DNA of 64,000 nucleotides from the human T2T-CHM13v2.0 reference genome, Homo sapiens, in NCBI RefSeq assembly GCF_009914755.1, contig NC_060925.1; one strand, given 5' to 3'. The notes under the pieces were generated by a model that was not told where the DNA came from, searched no databases, and was given only the letters and a program-made list of their open reading frames with translations. Made by a program: the position numbers and the translations under genes. Each line of letters starts with the position of its first letter. The stretch's first letter is position 1. Below are positions 42,826-53,320 of the stretch, one piece after another.

Positions 42826-43719
42826 AAAATATACCAATCTTAATGGCTGAACTTTCAATTGCTTTTCTGTTTTGAAAACTAAGTGTGGCCTAAAGCATTT
42901 CTCAACACACTGAAGAACAGTAAACTAAACTCCGACTTTGCCATTTATATCGTTAGATCCTAATTGATATTGAAACCCTGCAAAACAGGAGAACTTTTTC
43001 TTTTTCTTTTATTTTGTTTACTTGCTTTTTTAAGTTTAGAACTGAAGTTACCAAAAGGAGGTGCATATAGATTGGCAGAAAGCAAATGAGTAGCAACAAA
43101 AAATAATTAGGAGCTATATAAAGAGTAAAAGAATGTATGAATAGGAATCTTCCAGTGATAATATTCCCCCACCTTCAATAGGGCAAAAGATCCACCACAA
43201 AAGCAAATAGTCATCTTGAAACTTAATTACATTTCAAAGTAGTACAGTAACATGAAAGGAACAAAACATTTTTGTTCAACAGTTTGCCTACCAGATGGGA
43301 TCTCTAAATATAGGTAATCTAAAACCTTTGCTTGTCCTATAAACAAATACAGATGAAAGGAATAGCAACAATAGCTAAGCATTTAAATCACTGGAAATAA
43401 AATAGCACTTTGGTTAAGTGTGGAAGAATCTGGCTCATTCTAATAATGAATCTGGGAAGGCTGGAGTTCTCAGTGAAATTCAGAATACAGAAGGTTGCTT
43501 CTGGTATTTACCACCTGCTTATCTACCTGTTTAAACTGGTAGAATAGTTGGAAGAACAAATCAGGAACTAATAGCAGTAGACTTGGGAAAAACTAAAGAA
43601 GCACAGGAACACCTAATAAATAGAGACTCTAAAGGGCCACAATACAAATTCCAGACTTTTGTTTTTGAAATAAGAGTTGCGACATGCCCTTGCTTCATTT
43701 CTGTGCACTCATGTGTAAA

Positions 43720-43935
43720 TGTGGGTAATAGTTAAGAACCTATGCTCTGGAGTCAAGCCCAGCATGTGAATCCAGGTTCTACAATTGACTGGCACTATGA
43801 CTTTGAGCCAGGTTCCTTACCTCTTTGAGCCTCATTGACAAAAGCAGATAGTAATAGTACTGAGTTTTATTGGAATTAATTTATGACAGTTTTTGGCACC
43901 TACTGAATCCCATGAATATTAGTTGCTTATTATTA
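43720..43935 (+). mobile_element. MIR
   Basis: gttaagaacctatgctctggagtca...tgactttgagccaggttccttacctctttgagcctca. Confidence 0.7.
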
Positions 43936-44639
43936 TTAATAATCATTACTCTTAAATAATTATATTCTGATTTTTTGCTGTCTCAAAAGCGTGGGGTGGT
44001 GTACAGTAAGATTTTCAGGTAGTAAATGGAGTTCTAAGAGTAGAACTTAAAGCCTTCCCTGTATATCTCCAAGTGGTCTTTCCTAGTAGCACTGCCCTCT
44101 TCTCACCTGGCTAGGGAAGGTTATCTAGAACTCATACGGGGAAGGCAGGTCAAAAGACAGAGGTTTTTCTTTTAAGAATTGGCTATCAGAGCTCAGCCTA
44201 CCCTAGTTTGTCCTCCTCAGGGACTTCACTTATACAACTCTCTGCTGCAGATCTATGGGCTTTGGAGAAATGACTCAGAATTTCTTTTTGATTTGGTTAA
44301 CTAATGGCATGTAGGACCATTCTTGTTGATGGTATTGTTATTAATATAACACCATGATAGCTTAGAGCTGATTTTGGCAACTAATGTTGATAGTAAACAG
44401 TTTACTTACCTGTAAGTAGGGTGATTACCTGGAACAAATAAAAGGTAAGTTGTAATTGCTAAAATGTAATGCAGACTACAATGAATGGAAGGCCAGTGTT
44501 TAATGGTACTTAAGCTTTTACTGGGTTATTTTGTTGAATTTTACATGAGGCAAGAGCAACCTGCTGGGGCCACTGCCTTCAGTATTAAAAGATACCTATG
44601 TTTTGGACTTTATAGAGGAAATAATTCCATTTCTTAGTA

Positions 44640-45345
44640 TTTTTAAAATTATGGTAAAATACACATAAAATTTACTAGGTGTATAGTTCACTGGCAGTTA
44701 TTAACACTGTTGTACAACCATCATCACTGTCCATTTTTAAAAATGTTTCACTATCTAAGCAGAAACTCTTGTACTCATTAAACAACAACCTCCCAACTCC
44801 CTCTTCCCTTAGTCCCTGGTAACCTCTAATTTCACTTTCTGTCCCTATGCATTTGCCAATTCTAGATATCTCATGTAAGTGGAATCATACAATTATTTGT
44901 CCTTTTGTGTCTGGCTTCACTCGGCATAATGTTTTCAAGGTTCATCCATGTTGTAGCATGTATCCGAATCACATTCTTTTTACAGGCTGAATAATATTCC
45001 ATTCCAATATGTACATAGCACATTTGGTTTATCTCTCCATCTGTAGATGAACATTTGAGTTGTTTCCACCTTTTGGTACTTGTGAATAATGCTGCTACAG
45101 AACACTGAAGTACAAGTATTTGTTTGAGTCCCTGCTTTCATCTCTTTTGGGTATATACCTAGAAGTGGAACTGCTAGTACCTATGCTAAGTCAATGTTTA
45201 ACTTGTTGAGGAGCCACCAAATTATTTCTATTGCCGCAACATCATTTTACATTCTGATCAGCTATGCACAAGGTTTCTAATTTCTACACATCTTTACCAA
45301 TACTTATTTTCTGTTTTTTTGATAAGAGCCATTCTAATGGGTATA
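44640..45345 (-). mobile_element. L1MB-type 3' end fragment immediately upstream of the promoter
   Basis: ggcataatgttttcaaggttcatccatgttgtagcatg...gggtatatacctagaagtggaactgct...agccattctaatggg. Confidence 0.88.
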
Positions 45346-45439
45346 TAAAGCAGAATCTCATTAAATTAGATTTGCTTTGTAAACTATTTATTAAAAATAA
45401 GAGACACGAAGAGAACTTATTATTATATGCTTCGCTTAC

Positions 45440-45760
45440 CCTGTATATCAAGAGCTGCAAACATCCTGTGCGAGTCCCAAAGTGAAAGGTAAAATATGGT
45501 TCTATTAAATTTTAAACATAGTAACACGAATATTTCTCCAAATAAGGTAATCTTGAGTTTTGGGATTGCATTTAAAATTCCTACAGCAAATGCTCAGGAT
45601 ATAAACATATCCATTAGTCATTACAGAAGTCCACACGAGGCTGACACACGTAGAATACCATTATTAGCAAAACTAAACTCAGTACAGTTACAACTGCCTC
45701 AAACTTGACCCCAAAGTATTGAAAGCTCCTCAGAGAGCGGGCCAGCAGCGCTGCGCATGC
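45440..45760 (-). ncRNA. LYPLAL1-DT: Putative first exon of the divergent lncRNA; start approximate
   Basis: A divergent transcript is recalled for this locus. The sequence shows a strong minus-strand donor CAGG|GTAAGC at 45440/45439, about 300 nt from the CpG island. Exon boundaries are inferred. Confidence 0.5.
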
Positions 45761-45763
45761 GCG
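45752..45763. promoter_or_regulatory. NRF1 binding motif
   Basis: TGCGCATGCGCG with a perfect GCGCATGCGC palindrome about 100 nt upstream of the ATG. Confidence 0.8.
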
Positions 45764-45825
45764 CTCCCGGGCGTGCTCCCGCGCGTGCCTGCGTATTTGC
45801 GTGCGCGGCCCCGCGCGGCAACGCA

Positions 45826-45835
45826 GGGGCGGAAC
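45826..45835 (+). promoter_or_regulatory. GC box (SP/KLF)
   Basis: GGGGCGGAAC about 30 nt upstream of the ATG. Confidence 0.7.
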
Positions 45836-45860
45836 CGCATGACTGGCAGTGGCATCAGCG

Positions 45861-45951
45861 ATGGCGGCTGCGTCGGGGTCGGTTCTGCAGCGCTGTATCG
45901 TGTCGCCGGCAGGGAGGCATAGCGCCTCTCTGATCTTCCTGCATGGCTCAG
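45861..45951 (+). CDS. LYPLAL1: LYPLAL1 coding exon 1 (alpha/beta-hydrolase, acyl-protein thioesterase family)
   Basis: ATG at 45861 gives [31 protein letters not shown], the recognised LYPLAL1 N-terminus with the family LHGxGD motif. Ends at CAG|GTGGAT (91 nt, phase 1) inside a CpG island. Confidence 0.96.
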
Positions 45952-48409
45952 GTGGATTTCAATTTTACGTCCTGGTTTTCTACAGCTCGGGAAACATCCT
46001 CCCCTCGGTTACCCCAGTATTGCCCAAGTGGAGGTGTCGCCGGGCCCAAATAGGGCCCAGTGGGTGGCTCCCCCGTCGCCAGCCCCGGCTGTAGATGCAC
46101 GGGCAGCGCCACCTGCCCCCAGCCTCCCCCGTTAGTCTTCCTCTTTCTATCGGGCGGTCACTGGTCCACCACCCTCGCTTTGGGGCCTTGTGTCCCGCCG
46201 CTCAGCCAGCCCTCCATCCCCACAACACACCTCCCCATTCCTCGCCCCAAGTTTAAACAGAGCAAGTTAGTAAGGTAAGTCTTCTGCTAGAGGGAAATTA
46301 TTTAGTGTTTTTCATTATCAGCTACTAGTGATTTTTCAGTCGTAATTGCCCATTGCTTTTTCCAGGCTCCCATACTAATGTAGACAATTGAGATTCACAG
46401 TTAACTTAGATACTGTTTACAGATTATCTCTTTTCTGTAAGCCACTGTGCCATGGCTGGAGTGCTTTCTCTCACTTTCCTTTTTGCTGCTTCTCTTTCCT
46501 TCCTTTCCCTTTCCCGCCTGTGTCATTAAACTTCCAAGATAGACTACAGGGGCAGGACCCCCAGGGACAGGCATCTTCCACTACCTGCCCTTAGTAACGT
46601 GTGCTTAATGCTGTATCGTTACTTAACACTCATCTGTAATCACTTTTGTCTGTCTTCCCCACTGGATTGTGAACTTCCCACTGGATTATGAGAGTAAGGG
46701 CCCTTGTGTCAACCTTTGCACCCCCAGTGCTTGGCCCAGGGTAAGCTCTCAGGAAATGTTTTTTAAAGAAATGAGATGCAGCCGGTGTCCTCAGGGGGCC
46801 TACCTAAAGTTAAAAACAAAAACAATCCAATTAGTTTGAGTCAGCAGTGCATGGAAGATCACAAGACGGTGCATGGTTTCCTGCCAAGTGAATTGTAAGA
46901 GAAAAAAATGTGGTTAGGCATTATTAAGGCATTTGGAAGATGAAAAGCTTGTCAGACTTTTCGAAGAAAGTGGTCTTTGAGCCGAGACGGGTAGGCTTAA
47001 ATGGGACGGTGATTGGAAGGGAATTGGAAAGGTACTGGGCAGAGACCTGGAAAAGGGCAATTGTGGGAGGTATTCTCTTTATTTTGAAAATGAGGCCAGA
47101 CAGGTTCAGCAGCTTGGCCAAGGTCTCTTAGCTGTTACTGTGAGTAGTGGCGGATTTGGGATTAGAACCCAAAGCTCTCCGACCTCAAACTCAGGGCTTT
47201 GGTGGGGTAAGGTGAAAAAGTTTGAACTAGGATATATTGTTTTGGAGATAGGGAAGAAGAGGTCCAATAGTGTTTAAAGGGAAAGACGGCATATATTTAG
47301 AAGGTGACGTGTGTAAGATGACAGCGGTACTTAATAACTAGGAGACTGGTAGTACTATTTAGGGCTCCAAGAGTGTTCATTTATAAGTACCCAGAAATTC
47401 CCCAACACTGTACCCTTTCTCATAATCAATTCTCATTATCTTTAGGAAGAACTCCTAGACTATGTTCTTTTTTCCCCTGGACCTCTTTGCTTAAAATAAT
47501 TATCCTTTTTTTGAATTTCAGATTACATTTTTATAACCTGTAAGGGTATGTCTCTAAAATTCAGAGTCATGTATGTATGTATTTTTTCCTTTGTACTTTG
47601 AACCAAGAATTTATTCAAAGAATTCTGCCAAGTATGCGAGTATAATGTGATTCCTATATATTTAAATCTCCACTGAAGTAAATAAAACCTTATTGGGAGT
47701 AGGTCTTTATCATCTTTATCGTTGGGAGTAGGTCTTTATCATCCAGTAGGTCTTTAGCAGCTAGTGATTTTACATTCAACTTTAATGTATGTGGTTATGT
47801 TATAGGAGATGTTTGGTTTCTGCTTAACTAGAATATGGGCAAACCAATTCTGTTTTATCACACTCAGTTTTGCCATACTGTTAACCAGTTTTAACACTTT
47901 TACTATGGAATAAAGTACTAGCTTTTTAAAAAGTGGACATTGGGAATGGATAGATGTTGTTTTGCAGCTGCATTCTTACTCTTCGAGGCTGAAAAAATGT
48001 TGTTAAAGACAGATTTTGTGTTTTCAAATAAAAAACCTTAAAAGCTTGAGATTTTCTTCTAGGAGATAGCAGCCATAGAAGAACATATGGGAGTGTAAAT
48101 TATATGTAGCCAACTTAATTTGAGCCTTTTCTATTAATAAAGTACTAAAGACGGACCTTCTTTTAAGATGATAAAAATAAATGATAGGTTAATGAGTTTT
48201 GTTCAGTCTCTCAGATCAGATTAATTCACTCTTATTTGCTCCCATAGGACACTGGTTCTTCTTTCAGTGGTAGTCATCATACTTGTAATTATGTAATGTA
48301 ATGTCTGTATTCCACACTAAGCTAGTAGGTCCACAAAGCCCAAACCATGTGTCTTGTTTATGGCTTTCTTCTTGTGTGGTAAGGCTCAGCAAGTTGACTG
48401 AGTAGCTTC

Positions 48410-50420
48410 TTGGTAAAGTCACCAGTAAGCTCAGGCTCTATGTCGCTCAATGTAATGGACATTTTCAGTCGTCCTCTTACGTGAACTGTCATCTGCATTC
48501 AGCTTTCTTCTCAAAAAACTCTCCTGGTTCTTTTTCTGTCTTGATTTGCTCCTTCTGGTTTCTTTTGCAGACTCATCCTCCTCTACCTGGCCATTAATGA
48601 TGGGGTTTCTCTAAATTTGGTCCAAGGTCTTTTCACTCTACATTTTTCTCCCTAGGCTAATCACAGAAGTCTCCTAGAGATACCCATTTGTGTCACTGGT
48701 GTATAGGTAAAAATAGAACCTTTGAATTTCTGTGGAGATTCATAGATTCTATTTTTGAGCTCTAGACAAGTTCATCTAACTGCCTGATAGACATTCATTC
48801 ATGAATCCATTCATTCAAGAAATATATCACAGCCTCCATGTGTAAGGCACTGTTCTGTGCTCTGATCATACAGCAATGAAAAAAACAAATCACTGCTCTC
48901 ATGGAGCTTATGTTCTAATGAAGTAAATAAATACTACAGTAGAAGGTAGTAAGTTTTATGGAAACAAGGAAAGCAGGATAAGGGGATTCTTCCATGGATG
49001 AGAAGTTGGAACAGTGTTACAATTTTAAATAAAGTAGTCAGGTTATGCCTCACTGCAAAGATGACAGAAGATGAAACTTCACAGCTAGACTTAGACTTGG
49101 CTTTAAAGCCAAGTCGGAGGCTCCAGGGTAGGGTCCTTGACATGTTCAAGGAACAGCAGTAAGGCTAGTGTGTCTGGAGTGAGAAGAATAGGAAGGGATA
49201 TCCAAGAGGGTACTGGCATCCAGGTAGTGTAGGGCAGGGGTTGGCAAACTTTCTGCAAAAAGTCAGGTAAGCATTTTAGCTTTTGTGGGCCATGTAAGGT
49301 CTCTTCCCCATAGTTTTCCCTTCTCTCTCTTTTTGAGAAAGGAGTCTTTAATAATGTAAAACTCATTCTTAGCTTATCCTCCTTAAGGACCCTAGGCTGG
49401 ATTTTGTCCTCCCCTCTAGCTGTCCATAGTTGCTCAATCAACCCATGGTATAAGACCTTGTATGCATTACAAAGAAGCACCTCACACTCAACCTGTGTAT
49501 GCCTGTTGCTTATGTTTCCTGTCTAGGCAGGTGTCTAGTATTGTTCACCCAGTTACTCCGGCCAAAAGCCTGTTAGTCATCCATGAGACCTTTTACTGTT
49601 GACCCTTTATAACAAATCCGTTGCCAATCTCTATTAATTTTACCACCTAAATTTCTCTAGTATCTGTTTCTATCTACATCATCGCTGTAGTCTAAGCATG
49701 AACAGTAGTTTCCTAACTGATCTCTGTACATCTACTTTTGCTCTCTTTCAATTCTGTCTTGACACAGCTTCCAGATTGATCCTTTAGAATCATGCCAACC
49801 TTTCTGTCAGAAATATTCATGACTTCTTCATGAACAGATTTGTCACGTTCCTACAGTTTCTCTGGTCTCATTTTATAGACACTGCTCTTTTCATTCTCTG
49901 CTTTTCAGTTCTTACATGTCATACTGCTCCCTCTTATCCAGAATCCTGGCACCTGCCCTTTCCTCGCCCTGGGATACTTTTTTCTTCTGCCCTGCACTTC
50001 TCACCATCCTGTAGACTTTAGTTCAAACCATTCAGCAACTATATTTGGATACCCAGTTTTTGTCAGTCCTGTTCTAGGCACTATGTGAACAAATAACTCA
50101 GATAAAATACATCATAAACTTCCTCTTGCAGAGTTTATAGGCTAGTGCATTTATTGTTGAACTCCATAAACCCAGTCAGTTGTGAATAAAATAAATATTT
50201 GCAACACCAAGTGTCTCATTTTTGAAGCAGGTACATTTGCCTTTCACATTTATTTGTGTGATTTTTTGACTAATTTCTGTTTTTCACAATATGCTACACA
50301 CTCCATGAGAATAGGGACTCTATTCCTCCCTCACCCCACCATCATTGCCTCTCTAGCAGTGAACACAGTGCTTGACACATTAACAGGGATTCAATAGGCA
50401 GTTTTTGAACTGATACCTTA
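48410..50420. mobile_element. Cluster of L2 fragments in both orientations, LYPLAL1 intron 1
   Basis: cattcattca tails, ctgctctcatggagcttatgttctaat, and gaacacagtgcttgacacat. Confidence 0.6.
49235..49445. mobile_element. MER58 (hAT-Charlie) MITE
   Basis: caggggttggcaaactttctgcaaaaagtcaggtaagcattttagcttttgtgggcc. Confidence 0.8.
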
Positions 50421-51110
50421 ATGAGTTAATTGATTAAAAAATTAAAGTTGTGACCTTAATTTCCTCCTCAGGACTCCATAAGATGGACTTATATTTCCTT
50501 CCATTTTTTTCTGTAAATACATATACATTAATATTTATATGGCTTTTTATTACTTACCAGCTTTGGAGTAGATAATTCTTCTTTTAGGTCATGTAAACAT
50601 GTTGTCAAAATTAAATTATGATTTTTTCAAGTTAAAATAAAATTACACTGAACACACATTTTGGACTTTTTTTAACCAAGAAAATTAGGTTCTTCTAACT
50701 ACAGAAGTTTAACAGTCACTTTAGGAATTTATTACTATTAAGAATATGATAAGAAATGACTATTAAAAGTCACATATAAATACAGAAATAAAATTTTTTT
50801 TAGAAAAATCAATTTATTTATTTATTCCTGTACTACCCACTAAACAAATTAGGTAACTTAAAACTTAAACAAGATCTTCAGAGTAATCAATGGTGAAGCC
50901 AGGAGTAAAATAATCAAAATTATTGCTAGTTATTGAGACCTAGTTAGTTAATTCATATTAGTAAGTCAGTTTCTATATGGTTATTATGATGTATGGAGCT
51001 TTTTTAAATCCTTTATTCCATCCTCTGTGTGACATAAAAGTTTTAGACTGCTTTGAAATGCATTGTATTACTAAAATATTTATTTTAATCTAGATTTTTT
51101 GATTCATCAG

Positions 51111-51210
51111 GTGATTCTGGACAAGGATTAAGAATGTGGATCAAGCAGGTTTTAAATCAAGATTTAACATTCCAACACATAAAAATTATTTATCCAACAG
51201 CTCCTCCCAG
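51111..51210 (+). CDS. LYPLAL1: LYPLAL1 coding exon 2
   Basis: Acceptor ttttttgattcatcAG| and donor CAG|GTATGC, 100 nt. Joined in frame to exon 1 it gives [33 protein letters not shown](R), matching LYPLAL1 and the family IxxPxAP motif. Confidence 0.96.
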
Positions 51211-51944
51211 GTATGCAGTAATTTATCTCACTTGTCAATATAACTCTGTGGCATAAAATATATATAGAGAGATGTGCCAGCTAGGTGTTCTTTAAGCTTA
51301 ATTTTGTATTTAACATACTTTAAATTAGAGTACTTTGTCCCCAGAATGTATTCTTTATTGCAGTTACACTGTTGGACCAAGTTTTGCCAGGTGAGTAATT
51401 TATTCCCTTTCTGTAAAGCATTCCCTAAAGCTCTGAATTTAAACTGTGTCCCAAGCATGGCTTATGTAACTCTGCTTCCTCTTGCCCTGCAGATTGCTCA
51501 ACTTTCATACTTCTTCCCTACATTCACCCCAAAAGGAAACTTAATAACTCCAACAAGTATAATCTTTCTAATAATTTAGTTAAGCCAGAATTCATAATCT
51601 CTGGGAAAGGGTTTTATGGCATTCTTTCCACATTTAAAAGGATTATCAAGAAACAATGTTATGCTTTTTTAATCAGTAAACCAGAATAGGAAGATAGAAT
51701 TGACTACTTAATAAATATTTAGGTTATATAACCTGTAGGTGTGTGCAAAAAATTCACAGTAATAAAACTGCTATAGTTTTGAGGTCAAACTACTCTTTGT
51801 AAATATTAAATTAACATCTGCATAGTCTTTTATTCGGAACACATGCCGTAAATCAGGGATTGGGATTTTTTTTTGGTTAAGTGAAATGATGTGTGGAGCT
51901 ACGCCCCAATCTGATTTTTCTCATAATCTGTTCTTGATTTTTTT

Positions 51945-52249
51945 TTGTTTCTTTTTCTTCTTCTTTTTTTATTTTTTCCAGACAGAGTCTCACTCTGTTG
52001 CCTAGGCTGGAGTGCAGTGGTGCAGTCTTGGCCCACAGCAGCCTTTGCCTCCCAAGTTCAAAGGATTCTCCTGCCTCAGCCTCCTGCCTAGCTGAGAATA
52101 CAGGCATGTGACACCACGCCCAGCTAATTTTAAAGACAAGGTTTTGCCATGTTGGCTAGGCTGGTCTGGAACTGTTGACCTGAGGTGATCCACTCACCGC
52201 GGCCTCCCAAAAGTGCTGGAATTACAGGCATGAGGCACTGCGCCTGGCC
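51945..52249 (-). mobile_element. Antisense Alu in LYPLAL1 intron 2
   Basis: TSD TGTTCTTGATTTTTTT at 51929 and 52250. Confidence 0.95.
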
Positions 52250-52959
52250 TGTTCTTGATTTTTTTCTTATCAGGCATACTATGCAAATGCCTTGCTTTAT
52301 ATTTTCATTAACTTAGTATTAAGGAGAAATAAAACCAGAACTTCAAGGACGTTTTTATATGTACTAATAAGAATTTACTTACTTTAATTGATAGAATTGA
52401 AAAAGGGAGAACAAAATGATAATGTAAGACTGAAGACTCAAAGGAGTTATTATTTAAATGTAATTTTAATAGAGTTTAAAAGTTTGGTAATCTAGTTAAA
52501 AGACCCAATCACCAGTGGTTATTTTTGTGCTATAAATTGCATGTCTTTGAAAATGTCAAAAAAGCTTCTTGTTACTGATTTTTAGGATAGTTGAAGTTGG
52601 AAGGAAGAAACATAGTGGTATTTCTGCAGGGATGAAAGATAAGTTCATTTCTACCTAAATATAAATACAATTGTCTGATTAATCATAAGACCACTGAAAA
52701 CCTTATTCTAGGAATTAATATTTTTTATCTTAAGAATTTCATGTCATTACCAATTGTGATAGGAATTCTAGGCAGTATTTCTCAAACTTTAGGCCAGAGT
52801 TATTTCAGAAAATCCAAAAATCTCCATGTGCACTAAGCATTATTTGTGGGTGCTGTTGTGATTTAGTAAAATATGAAATCATTGGACCAGCTTCATGGTA
52901 ACTTTTTGTTACACAGTTTTATAACCAATAGCTATTTGAACAGATCATCGAACGTTTTA

Positions 52960-53320
52960 GACCATACTCACCAATAGAAATGTAATATGAGCTACATATA
53001 AATTTAAATGTTCTTGATACCACATTATAAAAAGGAAGAAATACGTAAGATTGATTTTAATAATATATTTTATTTAACCCAGTATATTCAAAATATTCAA
53101 CATGTAATCGGTATAAAATTATTAAAGTGATATTTTATATTTTTTACACTAAATTTTTGAAAATTGGCATGTTTTACATGTACGACACATCTTACTTCTG
53201 ATGCTAAATAATTACACTGAAATTAAATAGTAGTAAAAATTAGGTTCCTCAAGTTGCCCTGGCTACATTTACGTGCTTCATAACCTTATGTGGTTAGGGG
53301 CTGCCATTTTCTACAGCTTA
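52960..53320. mobile_element. MER33/Charlie1-type MITE
   Basis: ccaatagaaatgtaatatgagctacat...taataatatattttatttaacccagtatattcaaaatatt...ggctacatttacgtgct. Confidence 0.72.

Larger units (their letters stand above)
45730..46250. promoter_or_regulatory. CpG-island promoter of LYPLAL1, probably bidirectional
   Basis: The only CpG/GC-dense stretch in an otherwise CpG-depleted window. It spans the start codon and has no obvious TATA box. Confidence 0.9.

Noticed and set aside
45849-46094. 81-aa ORF from the track as a complete protein
   Set aside because: It begins at a GTG and runs through the exon-1 donor into intron 1. Only 45861-45951 is real coding sequence.
46209-46248. Template-strand G-quadruplex from four C runs
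   Set aside because: Loops are long (about 5, 11 and 8 nt), and such runs are expected in a GC-rich island edge.
48656-48706. 51-nt cryptic exon in intron 1
   Set aside because: Weak donor TAG|GTAAAA inside L2 sequence and an immediate in-frame TAA. Insufficient support.
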